64,000 bases of DNA, from assembly GCA_012960105.1 (NCBI GenBank), contig DUBV01000005.1:7433-71432 (forward strand), read 5' to 3'. The notes under the pieces are model-generated. The model worked only from the letters and a program-made list of their open reading frames with translations, made no database searches and was not told the DNA's origin. This document shows, in pieces, positions 10,763 through 20,943 of this stretch. The position numbers were made by a program, and so were the translations under genes. Within the stretch, counting starts at the first letter, position 1. Every line of letters begins with the position of its first letter. Source of the stretch: Thiotrichaceae bacterium. Lineage in GTDB: Bacteria; Pseudomonadota; Gammaproteobacteria; Eutrophobiales; Eutrophobiaceae.

Positions 10763-11395
10763 ATGCCGGACAAGATCACAATTGCTGTTTCCAAAGGTCG
10801 AATTTACGATGAAGCGATGCCGTTGTTGGCGAAGCTGGATATCGTTCCTCTCGATGATCCTAATAAAACCCGTAAACTGGTTTTGGAAACCAACCAGCCT
10901 CATATTCGTTTACTCGTTATTCGTGCTACCGATGTACCAACTTATGTTGAACGTGGTGCGGCGGAACTTGGTATTTCCGGTAAAGATGTGCTGATGGAAT
11001 ATAATGGTGATGATCTCTATGAACCTATTGATCTGGGTATTGCAAAATGTCGCATGATGTTGGCAGGTCTTAAAGATGCAAAGCCTATTACTGGCCGACC
11101 TCGTGTAGTGACTAAATATACTAATATTACGAAAAATTATTTTGCTGAACTTGGTCAGCAAGTTGAGATAATCAAACTTTATGGATCAATGGAATTAGGT
11201 CCGGTATTAGGTTTGTCTGACTGGATTGTTGATCTTGTAGATACTGGTAATACTTTAAAAGCTAATGGACTTGTCACTCTTGAACACATTGCTGATATCA
11301 GCTCTCGTCTAGTTGTTAACAAAGCCGCGATGAAGATGAAAAATGCAACGATTAAACCTATTTTGGATCAATTGTCAGAGATAGTTGGTAAATAG
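10763..11395 (+). CDS. hisG: ATP phosphoribosyltransferase, short form (HisG-S)
   Basis: 210 aa. Contains [10 protein letters not shown] and [14 protein letters not shown]. It lacks the C-terminal regulatory domain of long HisG, so a hisZ partner is expected elsewhere in the genome. Confidence 0.93.
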   Translation: MPDKITIAVSKGRIYDEAMPLLAKLDIVPLDDPNKTRKLVLETNQPHIRLLVIRATDVPTYVERGAAELGISGKDVLMEYNGDDLYEPIDLGIAKCRMMLAGLKDAKPITGRPRVVTKYTNITKNYFAELGQQVEIIKLYGSMELGPVLGLSDWIVDLVDTGNTLKANGLVTLEHIADISSRLVVNKAAMKMKNATIKPILDQLSEIVGK

Positions 11396-11412
11396 TTGTT
11401 TAGGCTTAGACC

Positions 11413-12705
11413 ATGTTAAAACATCTCGATACAACTGCAGATAATTTTGATTCATCATTGCAATCTTTGCTTTCTTTGTCTGATGAACCAGATCAAACTA
11501 TAGTTGAAACGGTGTCTAATATTATTGCCGACGTTCGTACTCGTGGTGATGAAGCCTTACTCGAATACACAAATCGATTCGATCGTCGTACTGCAACGAT
11601 AGCGTCGTTAGAAATAACTAAACTGGAATTAGATGCTGCATTGAAGCGCATACCTGATGAACTGCGTGACGCTTTAGAACATGCAGCATCACGCGTCCGT
11701 GAATTTCACGAGAAACAAAAACAAAGCACATGGACTTATGAAGATGAGCAAGGCAACGTTCTTGGTCAAAAGATCACGCCACTGGATCGTGTAGGTGTTT
11801 ATGTGCCTGGAGGAAAAGCAGCATACCCTTCATCAGTATTAATGAATGTTATTCCTGCGCATGTTGCCGGTGTAGAAGAAATTATTATGGTCGTGCCTAC
11901 ACCAGATGAACTACAAAATGATTTGGTGTTGGCTGCTGCTGCTACGGCAGGTGTAACCCGTGTATTTTCGATAGGAGGTGCACAAGCAGTTGCTGCTTTG
12001 GCTTATGGTACAGAACTGGTGCCGAAGGTAGATAAGATTGTTGGGCCAGGGAATATTTATGTGGCAACAGCCAAACGACTCGTGTTTGGTATTGTTGGTA
12101 TCGATATGATTGCCGGTCCTTCTGAAGTAGTGATTGTCAGTGATAGTAGTGCCAACCCTGATTGGGTGGCTATGGATATGTTTGCACAGGCCGAACACGA
12201 TGAACAAGCCAGTGCCATATTAATTTCACCAGATAGCGATTTCATAACTCAAGTTGAAAATAGTATCGAAAAGCTTTTACCCGAAATGGAACGTGCTGAG
12301 ATTATCAAAGCATCATTAACAAAAAATGGCGCTATGATAAAAGTAGATGATCTTAAACAAGCAATAGAAATTGTTAATATTATTGCGCCGGAACATCTTG
12401 AGCTTGCGGTTACTGATCCTGAGGAACTATTAGATGACATCAGACATGCTGGCGCGATATTTATGGGACATTACTCTGCGGAATCATTGGGTGATTATTG
12501 TGCTGGACCGAATCATGTATTGCCGACGGCACGTACAGCAAAATTCTCTTCGCCATTAGGTGTTTATGATTTTCAAAAACAATCATCGTTAATTAAATGC
12601 AATAGTAGTTCAGTGACCGCTCTTGCAGATACTGCTTCTGTGTTGGCGCGCGGAGAAGGTTTGACTGCGCATGCACGTTCAGCTGAGTATCGTCGCGACT
12701 CATAG
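11413..12705 (+). CDS. hisD: histidinol dehydrogenase
   Basis: 430 aa. Contains [35 protein letters not shown] and APEHLEL. Confidence 0.95.
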   Translation: MLKHLDTTADNFDSSLQSLLSLSDEPDQTIVETVSNIIADVRTRGDEALLEYTNRFDRRTATIASLEITKLELDAALKRIPDELRDALEHAASRVREFHEKQKQSTWTYEDEQGNVLGQKITPLDRVGVYVPGGKAAYPSSVLMNVIPAHVAGVEEIIMVVPTPDELQNDLVLAAAATAGVTRVFSIGGAQAVAALAYGTELVPKVDKIVGPGNIYVATAKRLVFGIVGIDMIAGPSEVVIVSDSSANPDWVAMDMFAQAEHDEQASAILISPDSDFITQVENSIEKLLPEMERAEIIKASLTKNGAMIKVDDLKQAIEIVNIIAPEHLELAVTDPEELLDDIRHAGAIFMGHYSAESLGDYCAGPNHVLPTARTAKFSSPLGVYDFQKQSSLIKCNSSSVTALADTASVLARGEGLTAHARSAEYRRDS

Positions 12706-12919
12706 AAAGCTTTCACGAATGATCTTTTGTCTTTATTTTATACGTCGTCGCCTAAAGCGCCTACTGTTGGTGAAAATATGCTCGAATGCTCATTTATTAA
12801 ACATAAACTCCGCTTCTCGACTTGGGCTTCCTGCGTCGCTCTACCTCCTGCATCCATGCAGTCGCGCACGCATTTTCGCCTCGTCTGAGAACAAAATTTC
12901 TATCCGTGAAAAGCTTTCT
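12704..12919. repeat. MITE-like repeat, copy B (longest copy) between hisD and hisC
   Basis: Terminal inverted repeats AGAAAGCTTTCACG (12704-12717) and CGTGAAAAGCTTTCT (12905-12919). GC-rich interior with the palindrome CTGCAT-CC-ATGCAG (12848-12861). Shares its core with copies A and C. No credible coding capacity. Confidence 0.65.
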
Positions 12920-12939
12920 AAAAATAGGTTGTCTATAAA

Positions 12940-14022
12940 ATGATGATTGAAGATCGAATTAAGCAGCTCATAAAGCCAGCTATTTTAGATGCTCAGGCTT
13001 ATCACGTACCAGACTCTAACGACTTAATAAAGTTAGATGCTATGGAGAACCCCTATCTCTGGCCGGAAGAAATTAAAAAAGCCTGGTCTGATTATATGCA
13101 GCAAGCTGAACTTAATCGTTATCCGGATGCATCTGCTAGCGTATTGAGAGAAAAGTTAAGTTCAGCACTTAATATACCTGATAATACAACGATGATGTTT
13201 GGCAATGGTTCTGATGAGCTTATTCAAATCATCATGATGGCATTAAATAAATCATCAAATGTCATTATGGCGCCAGAGCCGAGTTTTGTTATGTATCGAT
13301 TATTAAGTTCGCTACTCGAACTTGATTATATTGGTATGCCATTAAATGATGACTTTTCGCTTAATCTCTCAGCGATGTTGAAATCGATCGAAGAAAATCA
13401 ACCGGCGGTTATCTTTCTTGCATGGCCGAATAATCCAACAGGAAATCTATTTGATCAGAGCGATATTGAGACAATAATAAAAGCAACTTCGGGTCTTGTC
13501 GTGATTGATGAGGCTTATCATGTGTTCGCGCAAAAGAGCATGATGTCTTGTCTGGAAAAATATAAAAATGTTTTGTTGATGAGAACATTGTCAAAACTTG
13601 GCTTGGCCGGTTTAAGGTTGGGAATTTTAGTTGGTGCGTCGGAATGGATTTCGGAATTTGAAAAATTAAGGTTACCGTACAATATAGGCACGCTAAATCA
13701 ACTCAGTGCTAATTTTATTATTGATAATATTAGCTTGCTTGAGCAACAAGCAGGACAAATTCGCAATGATCGGAGTGTCGTCTTTAATGCACTTTCAGAT
13801 ATTAAAGGTGTTGAAGTATGGCCTAGTGAAGCAAACTTTATTTTATTTAAAGTTACGGAAAAGGGCGCTGAGCATGTACATGCTGAATTGTTGAAACATA
13901 AGATTTTGATAAAGAAGCTACACGGAGCTCATCCATCACTGGAAAATTGTTTGCGAGTGACTATTGGCACTAAAGAAGAGAATAGTGCTTTTCTGTCAGA
14001 ATTGAATAAGATAATGAAATAG
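12940..14022 (+). CDS. hisC: histidinol-phosphate aminotransferase
   Basis: 360 aa, class-II aminotransferase. Contains WPNNPTGN and the PLP-lysine context TLSKLGLAGLRLG. Follows hisG-hisD. Confidence 0.9.
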   Translation: MMIEDRIKQLIKPAILDAQAYHVPDSNDLIKLDAMENPYLWPEEIKKAWSDYMQQAELNRYPDASASVLREKLSSALNIPDNTTMMFGNGSDELIQIIMMALNKSSNVIMAPEPSFVMYRLLSSLLELDYIGMPLNDDFSLNLSAMLKSIEENQPAVIFLAWPNNPTGNLFDQSDIETIIKATSGLVVIDEAYHVFAQKSMMSCLEKYKNVLLMRTLSKLGLAGLRLGILVGASEWISEFEKLRLPYNIGTLNQLSANFIIDNISLLEQQAGQIRNDRSVVFNALSDIKGVEVWPSEANFILFKVTEKGAEHVHAELLKHKILIKKLHGAHPSLENCLRVTIGTKEENSAFLSELNKIMK

Positions 14023-14072
14023 TCTTTTTACGTCAGTCCTACCAACCCATTCACTCATAGTTCCAAACGGAA

Positions 14073-15200
14073 TTACTTCGGCATTTGAGACGCAGGTCGT
14101 TGTTGAATTCGTGCAACTAACTCCTGTTGTTCCCAACCGCGCAAGATTTTAATTTTTACTTTATTGCCTGGAAGCAACTTTGTAATTGTTTCTATAGCCT
14201 GATCCGGAGAACTTACATTTTTACCATCGATAGAGATCATGATGTCGCCAGGTATTAAACCTGCATTTTGAGCAGGCCCATTGTGCATAATAGCGGTGAC
14301 CAATACGCCATCGGACTCAAGATTTGCAGATGCTATTACATCTGCGCTTAATGTTTGTGCTTCAATACCTAACCAACCACGAACCACTTTTCCGTTTTTG
14401 ATGATTTGATTTAATACATCAAGAGCCTGGTTGATAGGGGTGGCAAGTCCGATGCCTTCAGAGCCTCCACTTCTTGTAATAAAGGCTGAATTAATACCAA
14501 TCAATTTTCCAGAAATATTGATTAAAGCCCCACCAGAATTACCCTGATTAATATCAGCATCAGTTTGAATAAAGTCATCAAAATAAGAAATACCACGGCG
14601 TTTTCTGCTAATAGCACTGACTATGCCCTGAGTCACTGTTTGACCAAAATTGTATGGATTACCTATGGCTAAAACGATGTCTCCGATCCTCATTTTTTTT
14701 GAATTTCCAATTGGAATAACGGGTAAGTTATCCAATGGGATATGAATTACTGCAAGATCAGTATGTAGATCCAGACCAATTAATCGAGCCTCTGACTGAC
14801 GGCCATCATTTAGTGTAATCAATATTTCATTGGTATCTTGTATAACATGGGCATTCGTTAGGATATAACCCTCTGCATTCATAATGACACCCGAGCCAAT
14901 TGAGCTATCTCGGCGTTTTTTTGGCATAGTTGGTGCATCTCCAAAAAAATGTCGAAATAAGGGATCTCGAAATAATGGATGAATTTTTTCTTGATATACT
15001 TTACTGGCATAAACATTAACAACTGCGGGTGCAGTAGAGGATACGGCCTTATTGAAAGAATATTTATTTGATTCAGAAAATGAGAAAAATGAAATATCAG
15101 ATATAATATTGTTAGAAGTGAGTAATAAAAACAGGAATGCGGTTGCTAGCCCATAAGCTGAATATTGTAGTATAAAAATGAAATTCTTCTTGAATTGCAT
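14073..15200 (-). CDS. degS: DegS/AlgW-family periplasmic serine endoprotease
   Basis: 375 aa with an N-terminal membrane anchor. Catalytic triad contexts TNAHV, DLAVI and GNSGGALIN, with a single C-terminal PDZ domain. Confidence 0.85.
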   Translation of the reverse strand: MQFKKNFIFILQYSAYGLATAFLFLLLTSNNIISDISFFSFSESNKYSFNKAVSSTAPAVVNVYASKVYQEKIHPLFRDPLFRHFFGDAPTMPKKRRDSSIGSGVIMNAEGYILTNAHVIQDTNEILITLNDGRQSEARLIGLDLHTDLAVIHIPLDNLPVIPIGNSKKMRIGDIVLAIGNPYNFGQTVTQGIVSAISRKRRGISYFDDFIQTDADINQGNSGGALINISGKLIGINSAFITRSGGSEGIGLATPINQALDVLNQIIKNGKVVRGWLGIEAQTLSADVIASANLESDGVLVTAIMHNGPAQNAGLIPGDIMISIDGKNVSSPDQAIETITKLLPGNKVKIKILRGWEQQELVARIQQRPASQMPK

Positions 15201-15343
15201 AATGATTGAAAAAAGCTCTAATCTTGTTTTTATAGTAATTATTACTGGATGTATTGTTTATCCGATAATGAGTTTAACGTAATATATAGGACATAAATAT
15301 TAATACTGGCATTTAAGCCCTTTAATTATCTTAAGAGGATAAT

Positions 15344-15937
15344 ATGGAAAATAGCAATGTTGACAAGAGTCGACGTCGATTTTTGACTGCTGCTGCGACT
15401 GTAGTAGGCGGGGCAGGCACCGTAGCCGGTGCAATACCCTTTATTGCGACTATGGCTCCCAGTGCGAAAACCAAGGCGGTTGGCGCTCCAGTTGAAGTTG
15501 ATATCAGCAATTTACAACCGGGAGAACGTCTGATCAAAGAATGGCAGGGTAAGCCAGTCTGGATTCTTAGGCGTACTAAGGAAATGTTAGAAGATATTGC
15601 CTCGCAAGATGCTGATGTTCGTGATCCCGCTTCAGATGCCAGTGCTCAACCAGACTACGCAAAGAATGAATATCGAGCACGTGAAGACGAATATCTTATT
15701 GTCTTAGGTGTCTGCACGCATTTAGGTTGTTCGCCAAAATTTGTATTAAAAGATGGTGATAACCGGCCATCAGAAGATTGGAAAGGTGGATTCTTCTGCC
15801 CTTGTCACGGTTCTCGATTTGATTTGGCTGGCCGTGTTTTCAAAGGTGTTCCTGCACCAACTAATTTGGTTGTCCCTCCTTATAAATTTCTTTCACCTAG
15901 CCTGTTGTTAATCGGCGATGATAGCGAGGCGGTGTAA
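15344..15937 (+). CDS. petA: ubiquinol-cytochrome c reductase Rieske iron-sulfur subunit
   Basis: 197 aa. Twin-arginine signal SRRRFLTAAA and Rieske boxes CTHLGCSP and CPCHGSRF. Confidence 0.93.
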   Translation: MENSNVDKSRRRFLTAAATVVGGAGTVAGAIPFIATMAPSAKTKAVGAPVEVDISNLQPGERLIKEWQGKPVWILRRTKEMLEDIASQDADVRDPASDASAQPDYAKNEYRAREDEYLIVLGVCTHLGCSPKFVLKDGDNRPSEDWKGGFFCPCHGSRFDLAGRVFKGVPAPTNLVVPPYKFLSPSLLLIGDDSEAV

Positions 15938-17184
15938 TGGCTGATATCGAAAAACAAATTGTAAAAGGATTAACAGGATTACGAGATTGGGTCGATGATC
16001 GCTTTCCGTTGATGCAAAACTGGAATGAGCATCTAGCAAAATATTATGCACCGAAGAATTTTAATTTTTGGTATTTCTTTGGTGCCCTGGCCATATTGGT
16101 ATTGGTTATTCAGATATTGACGGGCATCTGGTTAACAATGAATTACAAGCCTTCAGCAGAAGGTGCTTTCGCATCAGTTGAATACATAATGCGTGATGTC
16201 AGCTGGGGTTGGTTTATACGTTATATGCATTCAACCGGTGCCTCGGCATTTTTTGTTGTCATCTTTTTGCATATGTTTCGTGCTTTGCTCTATGGATCCT
16301 ATAAAAAACCACGTGAATTACTCTGGTTATCCGGTATGGCGATCTATTTGGTCATCATGGGCGAAGCGTTTTTTGGCTATCTATTGCCTTGGGGACAAAT
16401 GTCTTACTGGGGTGCGAAAGTAATTATTTCGTTGTTTGGTGCCTTGCCGATTATTGGTCCGGATTTAGCCGAATGGATACGTGGTGATTTTGTAATATCT
16501 GATGTAACACTAAACCGTTTTTTCTCATTACATGTTATTGCGTTTCCTTTATTGATTCTTGGCTTGGTTGGGGTTCATATTCTGGCCTTGCATGAAGTCG
16601 GTTCGAATAATCCTGATGGTGTTGATATTAAAAAGCACAAAGATGCCGATGGTATTCCGTTAGACGGTATTCCATTTCATCCTTATTACACGGTGAAAGA
16701 TATTTTTGGTGCGGTGGTCTTTTTAATCTTTTTCTTTGCAGTGGTGTTTTTCTCACCAGAGATGGGTGGTTATTTTCTAGAACACGCTAATTTCACACCT
16801 GCTGATCCATTTACTACACCAGCGCATATTGCGCCAGTTTGGTATTTCACCCCGTTTTACGCGATTTTGCGTGCAGTGCCAGATAAATTGGGTGGTGTTA
16901 TTGCAATGGGGCTAGCGGTTAATATTTTTCTCTTGTTGCCATGGTTAGATCGTAGTCCGGTTAAGTCTATCCGTTATCGCGGCATGAATTATAAAATTGC
17001 ATTGACGGCATTTGTCATCAGCTTTGTCACACTAGGTTGGTTAGGCATGCAGGGAGTAACACCGTTATATACATGGATGGCGCGCTTCTTTTCCGTAGTC
17101 TATTTCAGCTTCTTTTTCTTAATGCCATTTTATACTGCGTTTGATAATGATAAGGCCGTGCCAGACAGGGTGACAGACAAATGA
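15937..17184 (+). CDS. petB: cytochrome b
   Basis: 415 aa polytopic protein. Contains YMHSTGASAFF, LPWGQMSYWGA and PVWYFTPFYAILR. ATGG overlap with the petA stop. Confidence 0.95.
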   Translation: MADIEKQIVKGLTGLRDWVDDRFPLMQNWNEHLAKYYAPKNFNFWYFFGALAILVLVIQILTGIWLTMNYKPSAEGAFASVEYIMRDVSWGWFIRYMHSTGASAFFVVIFLHMFRALLYGSYKKPRELLWLSGMAIYLVIMGEAFFGYLLPWGQMSYWGAKVIISLFGALPIIGPDLAEWIRGDFVISDVTLNRFFSLHVIAFPLLILGLVGVHILALHEVGSNNPDGVDIKKHKDADGIPLDGIPFHPYYTVKDIFGAVVFLIFFFAVVFFSPEMGGYFLEHANFTPADPFTTPAHIAPVWYFTPFYAILRAVPDKLGGVIAMGLAVNIFLLLPWLDRSPVKSIRYRGMNYKIALTAFVISFVTLGWLGMQGVTPLYTWMARFFSVVYFSFFFLMPFYTAFDNDKAVPDRVTDK

Positions 17185-17930
17185 ACGGATTTAAGCAACG
17201 ATACAAGATGATATTTATTCTATTGATGATGGTCTCTATCAATGCTGTAGCGGCTGGTGGTTCAAAGTTGATGCATATGGAGGTGGATCTTTCTAACGAG
17301 ACATCCTTGCAACGTGGCGCGAAGACATTTGTAAATTATTGTTTGAGCTGCCATTCGGCGGCTTATATGCGTTATAACCGTATGGGCGAAGATATAGGAA
17401 TTAGTGATGATGTGCTGAAAACTAACTTTATGTTTGGTACTGACAAAGTTGGTGACACTATGAAAATAGCCATGTCAGCATCAGACGCAAAGATTTTTTT
17501 TGGTGTTACGCCGCCGGATTTATCTGTCATTGCTCGCTCGCGAGGCTCAGATTGGTTATATAGCTACTTCAAAACATTCTATGTAGATGAGTCACGACCT
17601 TTTGGCGTGAATAATCTAACGTTTAAAGATGTCAGTATGCCTCATGTATTGTGGAAACTTCAGGGGATTCAACGCTTAACACAGTCAGACCATATTGATG
17701 GTGCACACCATATTCCATCCTATGAGAACCTGGAATTGATTACGCCGGGTTCTCAAACGGAAGAAGAGTATGACCAAACAGTACGCGATCTAGTTAACTT
17801 TTTAGTCTATGTCGGCGAACCGATTAAGTTGAAACGCGAAAAAATCGGAGTTTGGGTCATGTTATATCTGTTTATCTTCGCGATAATTACTTATCTACTC
17901 AAAAAGGAATACTGGCGCGACGTGCATTAA
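17181..17930 (+). CDS. petC: cytochrome c1
   Basis: 249 aa with a signal peptide, the haem motif CLSCHS, PPDLS, and a C-terminal TM anchor. Overlaps petB by 4 nt. Confidence 0.9.
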   Translation: MNGFKQRYKMIFILLMMVSINAVAAGGSKLMHMEVDLSNETSLQRGAKTFVNYCLSCHSAAYMRYNRMGEDIGISDDVLKTNFMFGTDKVGDTMKIAMSASDAKIFFGVTPPDLSVIARSRGSDWLYSYFKTFYVDESRPFGVNNLTFKDVSMPHVLWKLQGIQRLTQSDHIDGAHHIPSYENLELITPGSQTEEEYDQTVRDLVNFLVYVGEPIKLKREKIGVWVMLYLFIFAIITYLLKKEYWRDVH

Positions 17931-18002
17931 CTTCGCGCAGCACCCCATTATTATTAAATCTGTAGTATAATCCCGCGCTTTCTAATAGGTGGAGATTTAG
18001 CA

Positions 18003-18635
18003 ATGGCAAGTATCGCCAATCGTCGTTCATTAATGGTTCTTTATTCCGACTGTGTGAGTCCAATCGGGCATGCAGTGCGTATTGTACTGGCAGAAAAAGA
18101 TGTCAATGTTGAAATTAATTATATTGGTGAAGATGACAGCAGACCTGAAGAGCTGAATGATTTAAATCCATATAATTCAATTCTAACTCTCATCGATCGG
18201 GATCTCGTGCTTTATGATGCACATATTATTATGGAGTATTTGGATGAACGTTTTCCGCATCCACCTTTAATGCCTGTTGACCCAGTGAATCGAGCTAGAA
18301 ATCGTCAGTTACGTTATAGGGTGATGCGCGATTTATATACTGCTGTTGATGAAATTGAGGGCGATAATGAAATAGCGGCAGCAAATGCAAAAAAAGTGTT
18401 GCGTGATAATTTAACGGCAATAGCGCCTGCTTTTGCACAAATGCCTTACTTTATGGCAGAAGAATATTCCCTGATTGATTGTTGTGTGGGTCCGTTAATG
18501 TGGCGTTTAGCTGAATATGGCATAAAGTTACCCATGTCTGCTAAGCCATTGCAGGAATATGCTGAGAGATTATATGAACGCGAAGCATTTCAAACGAGTT
18601 TGTCAGATGTAGAAAAGGAATATAACGAGGGCTAA
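18003..18635 (+). CDS. sspA: stringent starvation protein A
   Basis: 210 aa GST-fold protein ([29 protein letters not shown]), immediately upstream of sspB. Confidence 0.9.
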   Translation: [210 protein letters not shown]

Positions 18636-18665
18636 TTTAGCCCCTATATTTCCAGCTTCTATATC

Positions 18666-19091
18666 ATGGCTATGACATCAAATAGACTTTACTTGCTACG
18701 AGCGCTGTACGACTGGATTTGTGATAATCATTTAACTCCCTATCTTTTAGTTGATGCAAGTGGCGATGATTTAAGTATTCCGTATGATTTTGTCGAAGAT
18801 AATAAAATTGTTTTAAACCTTTCGCCGAGTGCCGTACGCGATCTTGATTTAAGTAATGATTATATTAATTTCAAAGCGCGGTTTTCTGGGAAAAGTATGA
18901 ATGTTTATTTTCCTGTTGGAGCCGTGTTAGCGATTTATGCCAATGAGAATGGCCATGGGATGTTCTTTCAGGAAGAACAACAAAAAGTGGCAGTAGATAA
19001 AGAGTCCGTATCAAATTCTGAACCCGTAAAGAAGGAAGAAAAGAAGGAAGAAAAAAAGAAGAAAGGTTCGCATTTGAAAATAGTGAAATGA
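18666..19091 (+). CDS. sspB: ClpXP adaptor SspB
   Basis: 141 aa. N-terminus LYLLRALYDWICDNHLTPYLLVDA, a K/E-rich linker, and a C-terminal ClpX-binding tail LKIVK. Confidence 0.88.
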   Translation: MAMTSNRLYLLRALYDWICDNHLTPYLLVDASGDDLSIPYDFVEDNKIVLNLSPSAVRDLDLSNDYINFKARFSGKSMNVYFPVGAVLAIYANENGHGMFFQEEQQKVAVDKESVSNSEPVKKEEKKEEKKKKGSHLKIVK

Positions 19092-19193
19092 TTCTTCTTT
19101 GGTACGTCTTGATTTAGCGACATTGCTAATATCATTTTGCGATTTTATGAATACTCTTGTAGTCTCCAAAGGTAAAAATAAAAGTAAAGCGTA

Positions 19194-20890
19194 ATGAACA
19201 CTCCGACATCTTCTTTTATCAAATCAATATTAGTTATCGATGATGACGAAGATTATTGTAAGCTACTAAAAGAGTACTTCAAAAATATATTGCCTGAGAC
19301 AAAAGTCAAAATGTATAACATTGAGGCTGGTTGTCCTGATAGTGAATATAACTAGAAAAACATCAATTAGTCATCGTAGATTATGACCTAGGTGATGGTG
19401 AAAATGGACTTGAATGGATTAGAGCCTGTAATGCATCGAGTGATTTTCCTGCGGCGATTATGCTAACGGGTAAGAGTAATCAGGATATAATTGTTCAGGC
19501 TTTTCGATATGGCGTTCAGGATTTTCTACATAAAAAATATTTAACAAAAATATTATTGTTTGAATCTATTCAGCGCGCGACTAAACAACATCGGGAAGAG
19601 CAGGTCAAATCTGATACGATTACCTTAAGTGCTCATATTTTTAATAAAAGTAAATTTCTAAAAAAAATAGAACTAGCGGAGTTAAATGATGTAGTTCTCG
19701 TCATTGAAGTCGATGATTATCAGGGGCTGCATGATGAATTTGGAATAATTTTAACAGAGAAAATATGTGCTCATATTGCAAAAATTACTTCGAAAGCAAT
19801 AACGCGTAAAGAACTCGAAGGTGTGGTTATTCGTTCTGGCGATGCTGCAACTGCTGCCTTATTAAAAAGTCATGCTGATTTTAATGTCGGTGAAAAATTC
19901 TCAAAAATACTATGTAAGGCATTTAAAAAATACCCTTATGTAGATGATGACCATTCAATTGAATACACAGTCAGTATTGGTGTCGCAGTAATTGATAAAG
20001 AAAAATTTGATCCGGAAACAATCTTTATTTCAGCGGATGTTGCTTGCCGTATAGCTCGGAATAATAAAGATAACTCATACATTATCTAAGGTGAGGCCAG
20101 GAGTGAAGACAAAGATGATAATAGTGTTAAGTTTCAAATTGATAATGTATTTATAAAAAATCGTGTTAAGCTGTATTATCAACATATTGTTAAAGTATCT
20201 AATGCCCAGTCTTTAAATCGAAAAGAAAATCTCTATACAACACGAGTTAATTTAATTGGAAAAGATGAGGCCGAATTTACTGCTGATCAATTTATGCCCG
20301 TACTGCAGGATACAAATAAACTTAATACGCTTGATAGATGGGTAATAAGAGATTGCATAGGCAAATTAATTACCGAGTATGGAAAAAATTCTATTGATAC
20401 TGGTTTGTTTATGACGTTAACGTCGTCATCATATTCAGATAAAAACCTTTTCAGTTGGTTTGAAAAATTGATAGATAGCACAGATTTTATTGATGTAGGT
20501 TATTCATTAATATTAGAAATAGATATAAAGAAATTTCTTACGTATCAGAATGAAGCTGAAAAATTAATAGAAGAACTACGTGAAAAATATGGAATATCAA
20601 CAGCGTTAATTCATGTGCCAAATCATTCTATTCTTGAGCAATGTATGAAACATGTACATTTTGAATATACTCGATTTTCACCTACATTCGGTGATGCTGA
20701 AATGAGTAGCAATGACATGGAAAAGTTAGTTAATATGGCTCATGAACATAAATCTCTGGTTATTGCGGATAAACTGGAAACAGGTGAAAGCCTTGCCGCT
20801 ACCATTGAGGCAGGAGTGGATTATGTTTCTGGTTATATTATTCAACCCCCGCAGGAAGAAATAGAAACTGCGGAGTCGATGGAAATATAG
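19194..20890 (+). pseudogene. response regulator REC + degenerate GGDEF + degenerate EAL, disrupted
   Basis: ATG at 19194 opens a REC domain (ILVIDDDEDYCKLL) that hits TAG at 19353. The rest of REC (LVIVDYDLGDGENG...MLTGK...FLHKK) continues in the -1 frame from 19352. The GGDEF-like part has RSGDAATAALL instead of R-GGDEF. An in-frame TAA at 20087-20089 is followed, with no further stops, by an EAL-like domain (KLYYQHIV...LDRWVI) that lacks the EAL, DDFG and QGY motifs. Confidence 0.65.
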
Positions 20891-20943
20891 AACTATAAAT
20901 CCAGCTATATTGTTTTATTAAAAAATCAATAGTCGTTTAAATA

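Noticed and set aside
12671-12943. 90-aa plus-strand ORF bridging hisD and hisC.
   Set aside because: It starts inside hisD out of frame and reads through the MITE-like repeat. Its Arg/Leu/Ser-rich composition is typical of repeat read-through, and there is no SD.
19015-19065. Short tandem AAGAAGGAAGAA-type repeat.
   Set aside because: It lies inside sspB and encodes the K/E-rich flexible linker before the ClpX-binding tail. It is not a CRISPR or a VNTR-like intergenic array.
19340-19360. Possible programmed -1 ribosomal frameshift joining the two REC halves.
   Set aside because: There is no X-XXY-YYZ slippery heptamer and no obvious downstream stimulatory structure. The same gene has a second lesion (TAA at 20087), so decay or sequencing error is the simpler explanation.
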